Source: an uncultured virus (IMG/VR IMGVR_UViG_3300020385_000010) (lineage: Duplodnaviria; Heunggongvirae; Uroviricota; Caudoviricetes). From it: a DNA stretch of 64,000 nucleotides. The notes under the pieces were generated by a model. That model was not told where the DNA came from. It did no database searches and worked only from the letters and a program-made list of their open reading frames with translations. The stretch lies in IMG/VR virus record IMGVR_UViG_3300020385_000010; one strand, written 5' to 3'. The first letter of the stretch is position 1. Each line of letters opens with the position of its first letter. This document shows, one piece after another, positions 28,991 through 38,229 of this stretch. The translations under genes were made by a program, and so were the position numbers.

Positions 28991-29781
28991 ATCCCTCCAT
29001 AGTTAGCTTCACATTCTGAAGGCTTAGCGTTAATACATTTTTTATAATCAGATAGACCAACGCTAAAACTTATTCGGCCCTTGTCAAGAGATGTTCTACT
29101 AAGTTTATATATACCTACAGACATAGGTCCGTTCTTACTAACAGCTATAAAGTAAAAGTCTTTCATACCTGTACCGTGTAAATAGAATGCTGCTTGCTGG
29201 TATATGTTATACTTCTCAGCAAACTCTACAAACGATTCTTTATCAGTGTTTTGCATTGTCTTGACATCTACTATGTACCCGTCTTTTTCATTTATGTAAT
29301 CTATCTTAGCTTTACATAATGTTTCGTGTACTATATTTCTCCAGAAAAATATCTTTTCTGCCTCACCTCCTGATAAAAGATTCATCGCCCCTTCATGTCT
29401 TAATAAAGCTGCGTGCATAGCAGTAATTTTATTATACTGATTGGTTGTAAGTATTTCTTTTTCTCCATGCTGTTCAGCAAACTCTGCATACATTTCTTTG
29501 CCTGCCTTTGTTCGCTTGTCTACGCTAGGTGCTACAGCATACCTGCCATCAAACTCTTCGTTCTCTAACACTAAACAATGAAACGCTGAACCTATAAGGA
29601 ACGCTTCGCTTGTTGGTGTTTCTCCGTCTAGATAATAAAAGAATTCTTTAGGACATTTCTTCATTGCTACCTTAAGCATTGAGTTGGTTGCATACTTCCT
29701 GTCTGCAAAGTATGTATCATCGTTGTATATATAACTATCCTCTAAAGGTTCTACCTCTCTGCTTCCTTTTATTTGTATCAT
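28978..29781 (-). CDS. PD-(D/E)XK exonuclease, RecE/Exo VIII (DUF3799)-like
   Basis: GSAFHCLVLE, CKAKID, IVDVKT, YQQAAFY. Confidence 0.85.
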   Translation of the reverse strand: MIQIKGSREVEPLEDSYIYNDDTYFADRKYATNSMLKVAMKKCPKEFFYYLDGETPTSEAFLIGSAFHCLVLENEEFDGRYAVAPSVDKRTKAGKEMYAEFAEQHGEKEILTTNQYNKITAMHAALLRHEGAMNLLSGGEAEKIFFWRNIVHETLCKAKIDYINEKDGYIVDVKTMQNTDKESFVEFAEKYNIYQQAAFYLHGTGMKDFYFIAVSKNGPMSVGIYKLSRTSLDKGRISFSVGLSDYKKCINAKPSECEANYGGICEI

Positions 29782-30011
29782 AACAATGTGTATTTAGCTA
29801 CTGTTGTTTGTTTACGGCTACCGTCTTTGTTTGTCCAACGTGTTGCCACTTGTGCGTTTTCTGTTTGTATATTATGCCCCTCTTCTTTAAGGATGAATAT
29901 ACTTGCTGATAATCTAGTGTTACCTAAATCTCTTATTGCTTCTAAGGATGTAATACTTTTGTATTCCTTAAGGTATTCTAGTAACCTACTTTTATGTGTT
30001 TGTCTAGCCAT
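29778..30011 (-). CDS. Winged HTH protein
   Basis: ITSLEAIRDLGNTRLSASIFILKEEGHNI. Confidence 0.75.
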   Translation of the reverse strand: MARQTHKSRLLEYLKEYKSITSLEAIRDLGNTRLSASIFILKEEGHNIQTENAQVATRWTNKDGSRKQTTVAKYTLL

Positions 30012-30469
30012 TATACGTTCCCTCCATAGTTTTCGTTATTAACATCATATCTTGTTTCGCTGTCTGATTCAGATTTATTCATGTGTTTACATGATGGATT
30101 ATCTAATCCTATACCGTATTCAAGAGTAGCATCTTTAAATTTATTATCTAAAGATTGTTCCCACTTACCTGTGTTATCTTCTAACCACTCCATAGTATCT
30201 TCTAATGGTAAATCTTTAGGTAGTTCTATTGTTATCTTAGCTACCTTATGATATACTCTGCGTTCTGTAATTGTAACACTACGCATACCAAAGTTTTTTA
30301 TTTCGTTAGTTAATAAAGCTCTGTTAAGCTCAGCCATATTACTAACTTGCTTTTCAACAGGTCTGTTACGATTGTATTGTTCTATAAGAAATTCTACGTG
30401 TTCTTTACTTCTCATATTAAGTGGGTTACCTTTTTCCCACCCCCACTGTATTGGTTTATTGTTTTCCAT
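30011..30469 (-). CDS. Hypothetical protein
   Basis: 152-aa ORF coupled to its neighbours. Confidence 0.6.
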   Translation of the reverse strand: MENNKPIQWGWEKGNPLNMRSKEHVEFLIEQYNRNRPVEKQVSNMAELNRALLTNEIKNFGMRSVTITERRVYHKVAKITIELPKDLPLEDTMEWLEDNTGKWEQSLDNKFKDATLEYGIGLDNPSCKHMNKSESDSETRYDVNNENYGGNV

Positions 30470-30911
30470 TTTTTAAAACTTTAATAATTACTCCAGGATT
30501 TTCTTTATCGACTCTATAGCCACTAAAGTGTGGTACTATTATGTCGCAGTTATCATCTTCTATCCAATCATACTTAACCATAAGGTCTTGTACTGTTTGT
30601 GCTGGATTTATATAATCAAACTTTCTCTTACTGCTTCTTAAGAAAAACATATCTATATGTAAAGGTAAGTGGTGTTCGATATTTGTCCCGCCTAGTACCT
30701 TGGCGACCTGTTTATCGAACTCTTCTTTAAGCTTTATATAATGTTGTTTAGTATTCTTAATGTAAGTACGAGTTGTCTTGCTGTGTATCAGCATTTTACC
30801 TGTCCACTGTTTGCTATTCTTGCTTGACGGGACGTTGTAAGGAATATATATACCTTTAATTGATTGATTCATGTGGGTCTGGGATATAAACTTGTAACTC
30901 TTCAGCGGCAA
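30456..30911 (-). CDS. RusA-like Holliday junction resolvase
   Basis: VPSSKN, RKFDYIN..QTVQDL...IEDDN, DKENPGV. Confidence 0.75.
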   Translation of the reverse strand: MPLKSYKFISQTHMNQSIKGIYIPYNVPSSKNSKQWTGKMLIHSKTTRTYIKNTKQHYIKLKEEFDKQVAKVLGGTNIEHHLPLHIDMFFLRSSKRKFDYINPAQTVQDLMVKYDWIEDDNCDIIVPHFSGYRVDKENPGVIIKVLKNGKQ

Positions 30912-31275
30912 ATTGTTTTATCTTTTCTATATAGATAATCATCTGCTTGTTATTTATTTTAGTAGTACTTTTTACTGTGTCATACAGCTTACCATTAACT
31001 TCTTTTTTAGTTCTTAAGTAAAGACCTTTCATTAATTCATGAGTGTCATCTTTGTTGAACCCTGTGTATTCTGATAATAGCTTTATAACTACACCCCAAT
31101 AATATTGATTTAGTGGGTTGCTTCTGTTTGGTTGGTACTCTTTCATAGTTACTTCTATTGCTTTGCCTTCGTATCTTTTAGCGTCCTCAAGAAATCTATC
31201 TTTATGTTTAAAGGTAACTCTTCCATCTATTACAGATGCTAAATGTTTTAACTTCATAATAAAATTGTACGACAA
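30856..31275 (-). CDS. NinB/Orf-like recombination protein
   Basis: RSNPLNQYYWG, HELMK, STTK, IPDP. Confidence 0.75.
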   Translation of the reverse strand: MSYNFIMKLKHLASVIDGRVTFKHKDRFLEDAKRYEGKAIEVTMKEYQPNRSNPLNQYYWGVVIKLLSEYTGFNKDDTHELMKGLYLRTKKEVNGKLYDTVKSTTKINNKQMIIYIEKIKQFAAEELQVYIPDPHESIN

Positions 31276-31320
31276 GCGAGAGCCTATGAATCAACATAGT
31301 ATGCCCTTGGCTTGCCGTAC
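31267..31320 (-). terminator. Long hairpin downstream of the SSB-like gene
   Basis: Minus strand GTACGGCAAGC...GCTTGTCGTAC (one G-U pair) followed by AATTTT. Confidence 0.45.
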
Positions 31321-31330
31321 AGTTTATATA

Positions 31331-31873
31331 TTAGAATGGTAAATCAGAACCTTGTGTAGGTGCTGAACCATTAGATTGCATGTGTGCATTGTATGCATTT
31401 TGATAAGCCACAAGGTCGTCGCCTGTTAGCGGCTTATTCATTGAAGGTGTATAAGTTAAAGGTGCACCTACTTTGCCTGACGTTTTGTAGTCAAAAGCTT
31501 TTCTTACAGTTGGTATACCCGTATCCTTATCGTTCATCCAGTATTCTCTTTCAGTTAATACTATCTGAAATTTATTACCTTTAATAGAGTTCATAGATGC
31601 AGGTACATTTTCAAATGTTGTAGCTCCTGCGTTAGTAAGAAACTTTTTAAAGATTTCTGTTCTTACCTTAGCTGCAGCTGCGCTAGTGTTAGCGTCTACA
31701 CCATTAAACTTTACATAGGACTTACTCCCACTTTCGTTTTCACATACGACCTCCACATAAGGTAGGCCGTTGTTAGTTAACTTTTCTTCAAATGACGCCA
31801 TCTTTACTGTATGTACGCCTGCTCCTAACATCGAAGTGTTAGAGACTGTTGCTGTTTTCAAGTTTGGAAACAT
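31331..31873 (-). CDS. Putative single-stranded DNA-binding protein (DUF669-like)
   Basis: OB-like N-terminus, acidic C-terminal SDLPF, directly after the Sak4-like gene. Confidence 0.7.
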   Translation of the reverse strand: MFPNLKTATVSNTSMLGAGVHTVKMASFEEKLTNNGLPYVEVVCENESGSKSYVKFNGVDANTSAAAAKVRTEIFKKFLTNAGATTFENVPASMNSIKGNKFQIVLTEREYWMNDKDTGIPTVRKAFDYKTSGKVGAPLTYTPSMNKPLTGDDLVAYQNAYNAHMQSNGSAPTQGSDLPF

Positions 31874-31890
31874 AGTTTTAATTTAATTGA

Positions 31891-32526
31891 TTATGAATAA
31901 TATTCTTCGCACTTTTCTATAACCTGTGCAAGGTCGTTATCTATATATAGCTCATCAAACATACCCATTGGGCTTTTTGCTGAGTCTTTACCTAATGACT
32001 GAGTTCTAAATCTGTGGTTCATCTTACCATCAGACAAATGATTGTCTGTAAATAAGCATACTACAAATTCTTTCTCAACACGTTTCTTCCATCTGTTACC
32101 ATCTACTGCAACAAATCTTTCTTGAACCCCGTCTTCACCATCGTAAGCTCCATCTATAGCTAAGAATATTACATTCTTATCTGTGTTCTTACTAAGGTTT
32201 AGGATACGGTCTATCTCTTTGTTATAGAATGACCACACATCAAAGCCTTTAAATCTTACATCAGCTTCTCTGTATACCATTTCTATAAGAGAGGTAAATG
32301 ATTCTACTACAATAGTATCAATGTCTTTAGATGTCATAGCTTTATCTAAAGCTGCATTGAATGTATTTAAATCAGGTACAGGTACATTCTTGAATTTGTT
32401 TGCACCTCTAAATGGTAGTTGTTTTCTTTCTGTATTTAATACAGCTGTTCTTTCTGCGTTTAAATTACGCAAGGATGTTGACTTACCTGAGCCACTCTTT
32501 CCTACTACAATAATGTTTGGTTTCAC
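31891..32526 (-). CDS. AAA_24/Sak4-like ATPase (recombinase)
   Basis: Walker A GKSGSGKST, IVVES, AKSPMGMF..YIDNDL. Confidence 0.85.
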   Translation of the reverse strand: MKPNIIVVGKSGSGKSTSLRNLNAERTAVLNTERKQLPFRGANKFKNVPVPDLNTFNAALDKAMTSKDIDTIVVESFTSLIEMVYREADVRFKGFDVWSFYNKEIDRILNLSKNTDKNVIFLAIDGAYDGEDGVQERFVAVDGNRWKKRVEKEFVVCLFTDNHLSDGKMNHRFRTQSLGKDSAKSPMGMFDELYIDNDLAQVIEKCEEYYS

Positions 32527-32756
32527 TTTTCTTTTGTTTTTAGTTGTAAATAATCTTCTACTGTTAATTTGTCTTCCCGTCTTTTGCCTGCTCTTTTACT
32601 GCAAACAAACTTCATATATCCACGTATCATAACTAACTTATCTTCAGAGAGTTGATTGTCTATCTCTGTAAAAGTTTCATTAATAACTTGTTTGATAATG
32701 CTTTGGGAAACGTTAAGCTCTTTAGCTATGTCAGCTATGATTTCATTAGTGGTCAT
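32523..32756 (-). CDS. HU/IHF-like DNA-binding protein
   Basis: MTTNEIIADIAKEL...VMIRGYMKF. Confidence 0.75.
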   Translation of the reverse strand: MTTNEIIADIAKELNVSQSIIKQVINETFTEIDNQLSEDKLVMIRGYMKFVCSKRAGKRREDKLTVEDYLQLKTKEK

Positions 32757-32776
32757 TACTAGTTCATTTGGTCTTC

Positions 32777-32784
32777 CAAAGATA
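32777..32784 (-). promoter_or_regulatory. Bacteroidota -7 element
   Basis: TATCTTTG on the minus strand, about 20 nt before the HU-like start. Confidence 0.55.
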
Positions 32785-32794
32785 CAAAAAATTG

Positions 32795-34099
32795 TTAATA
32801 AAAACCAACATCTTCATCTATTTCTTTGAACTTGGTAAGGAAATCTACAAAGTGTAAGAACCTACTACCTACACCTATATTTCTACCTTTAGCAAATATA
32901 ATTTCTGCTAAACCTTTGACGCTCTGACCTTTCTCGTCTTCTTCAAACCCATAGTATTCTGGTCTGTATACAAGCGTAACTACATCAGCTGCCTGCTCTA
33001 TCTCACCTGACTCACGCAAATCTCCAAGCGTAGGTCTACAGCCTTGTCGTTTTTCTACACCTCTTGATAGCTGTGATAATGCTATAACAGATATGTCTAA
33101 CTCTTTAGCTATATTTTTAAGGGAACGAGCTATAACAGATACCTCCTGCTCTCTGTTCCTACCTTTAGCGTGGTTACTAACCAACTGCAGATAATCAATC
33201 ATCACTAGCTTTACCTTTTTAGTAATTACATACTGCCTTATTCTATTTAACAGGTAACGCAAGCTTGTTTTGCTGCACTCATCTATATATAAAGGTAACT
33301 TCTCTAGGCTAGCCATGTTCTTATGAATCAATGACCATTCATTGTCTGAGATGTTACCCTCCATTAGTTTTTTATTACTAATTTCTGCACTACTAGAGAT
33401 TAATCTTTTAACCATCTGATTAGTAGACATTTCATATGAGAATACAGCAGTAGGTATACCTGATACTGCAGCATTGTAAGCAAAAGCTAAAGCAAGACTT
33501 GTCTTACCCATAGATGAAGCACCACCTACTATAACTAAGTCCTGCTTTTTCCATCCACCTGTAAATTCATCTAAGTTCTGAAAGCCTGTAGGTATACCAG
33601 TAATACCTTTGGTTGAACAGCTTACCTCTATTTCTTGTACAGCACTTTTAATATGGTCTACCATATCTTTAATACCTGTATAAGTAGTTGAGTCTAAAGA
33701 GTTAACAGACTTTATTAAATCATCTATAGGTTGAGATGTTATATCCTTATAAGCATCATTTATATATTTAGTGCAACACTCGTAAAGAGTTTTCTTCTTG
33801 GCGTTGTTAGATAATGTGCTTATAATTTTATCTATGTTTGTAAAATAAGAATCAGTTGATATAACTGAAGCTATAACATAGGCAATGTTATCTATATGTT
33901 TTAGATGTTCAGCAGCTTTAATGTAATCAAAGGTGTTACCCTGCTGGTACTCAGCATCTATATGAAGATATAAAGCTTTGTATATAGGGTCGTCAAATAT
34001 AGAAGCTGATAGAATATCACAATTGTCGTAATATAAACTTCTTTTGTTTACAAGTATACTAAGAAGTTGCTTTTCTAAACTGACGCTATCTTGTTTCAT
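32795..34099 (-). CDS. dnaB: Replicative DNA helicase
   Basis: GIPTGF, GASSMGKT, IDYLQL, LSQLSR, DLRESGEIEQAAD, AKGRN. Confidence 0.95.
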   Translation of the reverse strand: MKQDSVSLEKQLLSILVNKRSLYYDNCDILSASIFDDPIYKALYLHIDAEYQQGNTFDYIKAAEHLKHIDNIAYVIASVISTDSYFTNIDKIISTLSNNAKKKTLYECCTKYINDAYKDITSQPIDDLIKSVNSLDSTTYTGIKDMVDHIKSAVQEIEVSCSTKGITGIPTGFQNLDEFTGGWKKQDLVIVGGASSMGKTSLALAFAYNAAVSGIPTAVFSYEMSTNQMVKRLISSSAEISNKKLMEGNISDNEWSLIHKNMASLEKLPLYIDECSKTSLRYLLNRIRQYVITKKVKLVMIDYLQLVSNHAKGRNREQEVSVIARSLKNIAKELDISVIALSQLSRGVEKRQGCRPTLGDLRESGEIEQAADVVTLVYRPEYYGFEEDEKGQSVKGLAEIIFAKGRNIGVGSRFLHFVDFLTKFKEIDEDVGFY

Positions 34100-34514
34100 C
34101 TTTACTTCTATTTAAAGTTACTGATTTAGGTTTAACAAATGGCGTTTCATCTGTCCATCGCTCATTCTTTATCCATCTTACAGCATCCTGAAACTGTGGA
34201 CTAAACTCTTTCTGTTGTTCTAGATATTGCTTGTACTTTTTCTGCATATCTAGCTGAAGAATAATTTCTTCAAACAAAACTTTATCAGGATTTAGTTTAT
34301 TCCACTGCTCTTTTGCCTGCTTTTTAAGCCGTTTAAGAGGATATTCTTTCCAAAATGTATCAAAAGACTGTGTAAGCCACTGCTTATCTCTGCTGTTTGC
34401 TTTATCTTTCTTAAGAACCTTAACCGCATTTATAACAATGGGGTTATTAGGGTCATAGATAAGCAATAGCCGTACACAATCTTTCAATGCATTTATAATA
34501 CTTAGTTCAGACAT
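34086..34514 (-). CDS. Phage replication initiator-like protein (C-terminal domain)
   Basis: FDTFWKEYP.K..K..A..QW.KL...RWIKNERWTDE; immediately upstream of dnaB. Confidence 0.65.
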   Translation of the reverse strand: MSELSIINALKDCVRLLLIYDPNNPIVINAVKVLKKDKANSRDKQWLTQSFDTFWKEYPLKRLKKQAKEQWNKLNPDKVLFEEIILQLDMQKKYKQYLEQQKEFSPQFQDAVRWIKNERWTDETPFVKPKSVTLNRSKDETR

Positions 34515-35401
34515 ATACCTTTATCAACTAATTCTTTAATAATCATGTTAAAAGCTTTCTTAGTAAAAGCCTGTGAGCTACCTGTAAGCATTTCGTAGTC
34601 AGAACTATGGTTGGTTTCATACTCATGCGTTAGATAGTGCGTAAGACCATTAAACAAGCCGTAGTAATTATTACCTTTACTTTCTGTTTCAACCCAAATA
34701 CTTTCTGTTAGCTTTTCACGCCTAGCTATAGTAGTACGACGCACATTTTTAATGTCTGTCTTTGCTACAATATCCATAAACTTAGACTTGAAATCATCAG
34801 AGTATGTATGGTCAGCCATGATAGTGAATAACCTTAACAAGCCGTCTGCATTTCTTTTTATCAAACCATTCAGCTTTTGTGTTACATCGCTTGATATTTG
34901 CTTTGTATGTTTAAGCACATGGTTGTTGTCAACATCAGCCATTAGTGTAGCAAACATGTTAGAACAACTATGCATACGTGTTGATATACCATATGTAAGT
35001 CGCTGACTACCATCATGAGAAGATAGTGCGTAAAGGTATAAATCCATAGAGTCAGATGCAAATGGTATGTCTATAACGTTTGTTAGCTTGATAAAGAAGA
35101 ATACCTTTTTACCACCTCCAAACATACCACATTTAGATTGACTTAAATCATATGTGTCAGGGTTTAATCTATCTATAATGCTATCTAACAGCTCTTCATT
35201 CTGTTTGATAGTATACTTGCTACCTACTGGGCTAAGAGCTTTCCCTGTTTTATCATTTACTGTACATGAAAAATCTGTATCATATGTGCCATCGTATACA
35301 CCTATGTATTGCATTTTACGTTTGCTAACGGTAAAGTCTAACCCTCCGCTAGCTAATAATTCTTCTTTATTCATCTGTGTTTTCTCTAATTGTTTCTTCA
35401 A
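34502..35401 (-). CDS. DUF932 family protein
   Basis: GLDFTV, VGSKY..KQNEE, GGKKVF, SHDGS, CSN, KHT, FNGLTHY. Confidence 0.8.
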   Translation of the reverse strand: MKKQLEKTQMNKEELLASGGLDFTVSKRKMQYIGVYDGTYDTDFSCTVNDKTGKALSPVGSKYTIKQNEELLDSIIDRLNPDTYDLSQSKCGMFGGGKKVFFFIKLTNVIDIPFASDSMDLYLYALSSHDGSQRLTYGISTRMHSCSNMFATLMADVDNNHVLKHTKQISSDVTQKLNGLIKRNADGLLRLFTIMADHTYSDDFKSKFMDIVAKTDIKNVRRTTIARREKLTESIWVETESKGNNYYGLFNGLTHYLTHEYETNHSSDYEMLTGSSQAFTKKAFNMIIKELVDKGICLN

Positions 35402-35555
35402 TAACTGATTCTTGTGCCTGTATTTCTTTATACCATTGCTCTTCCTGCTCTCTTCTTTCTGCTTCTATAAGCATTGCGTCTACATAATGCTTTTCGTATA
35501 AATATTCTAGGCGTGCTTCTTCTTGCTCAATGGCAAGGTCTTTCATTCTACCCAT
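35367..35555 (-). CDS. Small acidic protein
   Basis: Starts MGRMKDLAIE; 62 aa. Confidence 0.6.
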   Translation of the reverse strand: MGRMKDLAIEQEEARLEYLYEKHYVDAMLIEAERREQEEQWYKEIQAQESVIEETIRENTDE

Positions 35556-35688
35556 TCTTAATAATTTTTTCAGCTTCTATTATAGCTCGTTCATACTTCT
35601 TCCATTTCTTGCTACCTATTTTCATTACATCAAACCTTACAGTGCTGACCATATTTAATAGGATACTAATAACTTCTTTCTGTGTCAT
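35548..35688 (-). CDS. 46-aa hypothetical protein (not in the ORF track)
   Basis: MTQKEVISILLNMVSTVRFDVMKIGSKKWKKYERAIIEAEKIIKNG; fills the gap. Confidence 0.55.
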   Translation of the reverse strand: MTQKEVISILLNMVSTVRFDVMKIGSKKWKKYERAIIEAEKIIKNG

Positions 35689-35690
35689 GA

Positions 35691-36545
35691 TTAAAATATA
35701 TATCTAATTGTGTTCCAAGGTATTACACTAGAATGCAAGTCTTTAAACTGTTGTATGTATTTAGACTTTAAGCCTAACTTGTATCTAATGTTAGTACCAC
35801 CGTATTGTGAAGTTTTAGTTTCTTGAATGTCTGGTCTCCATAAATGTTGTTCAGCATCTTTATGATTAACTAAATTGTTTTTATGTTTACCTTCGTTGTG
35901 TGTAAGAAATATAACTTCAGCTTTAACCTTGTCTTTGTTGCTAACATAATAGTTAACAGTGTTAAACAAGTCTTCGTAATCCTTTAGCCAATTGTCGTAT
36001 ACAATGACAGGACTAAAGTTAATATGTACATCATAACCTGCAGCTATAAAGAAATCTATAGCTTGTATTCTATCTATTATCTTAGATGTATTAGGTTCGT
36101 GTATGTCAGACATATTCTGTGGCATAAGGCTAAATCTAATTCTAACTTTACCTTGCGGGTCGTAATCTGAAAGCCTTTTGTTTACATATTTAGTAGCAAA
36201 ACTACCCATTGCAATAGGATGATTCTTAAAGAAATCAAATATGCTTGGCCAATTATAATACCTGGCATGCAGTGCAAAGTCTTCGTTACAACTGATGTCG
36301 TATGTAGTATACTCTGCATGTGTTTGATTAGGTTTATCTACTGGTGTAAAGTATGCATGATTGTTTATTTCTGTAAGTATATCGTTTATATTTGTAGCTA
36401 CAGTTAAACCATCAGGTTTGTGTCGCTTCATATAACAATATGAACAATTATATAAACAACCATAGCCAAAAGATGGAGATATAAAATCTGTACTTCGACC
36501 TGACTTTCTAATTGTAAATGTTTTTCTTGTTACTTTTTCTACCAT
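35691..36545 (-). CDS. Spore photoproduct lyase-like radical SAM enzyme
   Basis: GCLYNCSYCY, FATKYVN, RIRFSLMP, EPNTSKIIDRI, GYDVHINFSPVI; start probably MVEKV at 36545. Confidence 0.85.
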   Translation of the reverse strand: MVEKVTRKTFTIRKSGRSTDFISPSFGYGCLYNCSYCYMKRHKPDGLTVATNINDILTEINNHAYFTPVDKPNQTHAEYTTYDISCNEDFALHARYYNWPSIFDFFKNHPIAMGSFATKYVNKRLSDYDPQGKVRIRFSLMPQNMSDIHEPNTSKIIDRIQAIDFFIAAGYDVHINFSPVIVYDNWLKDYEDLFNTVNYYVSNKDKVKAEVIFLTHNEGKHKNNLVNHKDAEQHLWRPDIQETKTSQYGGTNIRYKLGLKSKYIQQFKDLHSSVIPWNTIRYIF

Positions 36546-36562
36546 AGTTAAAGATTTAATAA

Positions 36563-36652
36563 TATATAATAGGCGCACATCTAATTTGTCAGGCTCGCAC
36601 TAGTGAGACGGTCTTAAAAGAAGGTACACTACCTCTTCTTACCTATTATATA
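36563..36652 (-). promoter_or_regulatory. Multibranch stem-loop in the leader of the SPL-like gene
   Basis: 11-bp perfect closing stem TATATAATAGG/CCTATTATATA with two internal hairpins. Confidence 0.45.
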
Positions 36653-36653
36653 A

Positions 36654-38084
36654 TCATAAGGTATTACCAAACTTCTTAGCTCTGTTCTGGCAATATGACC
36701 AGACAGATTCGTAAAGCTTGTCGTTCAAACTATATCTAATAACTTCATGTAAAGACAATTTAGTTTTAGACATACCTGATACCCAAATTCTACGCTGTTG
36801 ATTTTCAGTAAACCTTACCATTGACATACAAACTAACAACCAATTGTATATCTTATCAAAATCTGTTGTGCCACCATGAGGTCTAAACTCTACAGTATTA
36901 GTACCTGTAGTAGTAGAGTAGTTAGTCATGTTAACCCAACTGTATCTCTGACTATTGTAATGTCCGCCAGGATGATACTTTTTCTTATTGTAATCTTTAT
37001 TTATAGCATAGCCTGTAAGAAACTTACCTAACTTATCTTTGTAGTTATGAAAGTCTATTTCATTTACATGGCTTGGTAGAAATTTACAATAAGAATTGTC
37101 TTGCCTAGATGATGGAAACATTTTGAATACATCACTTTGAATAGCATAAGATAATCTTAGCAGCATAATAGAGAAGCGTCTATTAAATATAGCTCCGCCT
37201 ATATGCACATGTACACCACAACTTCTGTCAACAAGTCCACCGCTATCTGATATATGTTCACATATATTTTTAAGCTCATGTACACCTTTGTTGCCATGAA
37301 GTACGCCTGATACATATTCTAAGCCACTGATAGAGCCGTCGTCTACAGCTTTAAGATTTAGATTACCTGTGTAACCATTGAAGTCGTTACAAGTTTCTAA
37401 TTCTACACCAAATGTGTAGTTCATACTAGACACTAGATTCTTTCTTCTATCTTTAGACTGTGTGTAAGTGTTATCAAATTTTTCATTAGAATCAGATGAG
37501 TGACAAGCACAAGGGTCTTCTTCATGATAATAACGGTCACAACAATCACTATAATAATAGTTGCAACTGTTTGCTACATCAGAGCTTACAAAGTAAGTAC
37601 CATCTTCAGCGCATATGTAATCGCAGTTTTCATGAAAGTAACCTTCTTCATTTCTACTAAAATATCCAAATATGGAGTTAGACCTAAGAATCCAAACATC
37701 TGTATTGTCTATTGATTCATCTCTAACTATATCATTAGAGCCTTCTAATTCTAACGCAAAGCAATCATCATAAACAAACACTCTTCTTGTGTATTCATCA
37801 ACCCAATTTAGAAATCTTTTACAAACATCAACTTCTACTTCGTCTAATCTTGAGAGTACATTAGTATTATTAAACAATATGCTATCCCAGATATTACTTA
37901 AAAAGCTAGCATCGTCTGTTCTTTGTCTACGATGATTAGTCATACAATCTAATAGTATATTATACTCAGCATCATTGTAACCTATCTCATCTATATCGTA
38001 TTCACGCATACTGCTTGATACATTAGATACTTGAATTGTTCTGCGAGTTGTTACAATAGAGTTTAGTGGGTTACATTCTGGCAT
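36654..38084 (-). CDS. COOH-NH2 ligase (amidoligase_2 family)
   Basis: TFGVELET, DDGSI, LEYVS, CGVHVHIG, RYSWVN, TVEFR; Cys-rich N-terminal region. Confidence 0.85.
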   Translation of the reverse strand: MPECNPLNSIVTTRRTIQVSNVSSSMREYDIDEIGYNDAEYNILLDCMTNHRRQRTDDASFLSNIWDSILFNNTNVLSRLDEVEVDVCKRFLNWVDEYTRRVFVYDDCFALELEGSNDIVRDESIDNTDVWILRSNSIFGYFSRNEEGYFHENCDYICAEDGTYFVSSDVANSCNYYYSDCCDRYYHEEDPCACHSSDSNEKFDNTYTQSKDRRKNLVSSMNYTFGVELETCNDFNGYTGNLNLKAVDDGSISGLEYVSGVLHGNKGVHELKNICEHISDSGGLVDRSCGVHVHIGGAIFNRRFSIMLLRLSYAIQSDVFKMFPSSRQDNSYCKFLPSHVNEIDFHNYKDKLGKFLTGYAINKDYNKKKYHPGGHYNSQRYSWVNMTNYSTTTGTNTVEFRPHGGTTDFDKIYNWLLVCMSMVRFTENQQRRIWVSGMSKTKLSLHEVIRYSLNDKLYESVWSYCQNRAKKFGNTL

Positions 38085-38227
38085 AACTTTAAAGTATTAT
38101 CAATTGCTTTCTTTAAATCATCTATATCCTTGTTGTTTCCAACGCGTTCTTCAAGCTTGTCTATAGCTTGAGATAATTCTTGTGCAAATTCTGAATCTGC
38201 ACAGAGTATAAGTAGTTTTTCCATCAT
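38063..38227 (-). CDS. 54-aa hypothetical protein (not in the ORF track)
   Basis: MMEKLLILCADSEFAQELSQAIDKLEERV...; fills the gap between the GATase and the ligase. Confidence 0.5.
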   Translation of the reverse strand: MMEKLLILCADSEFAQELSQAIDKLEERVGNNKDIDDLKKAIDNTLKLCQNVTH

Positions 38228-38229
38228 AA

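Noticed and set aside
28978..29781. Cas4
   Set aside because: Lacks the four-Cys cluster and sits in a recombination context; RecE/DUF3799-like fits better.
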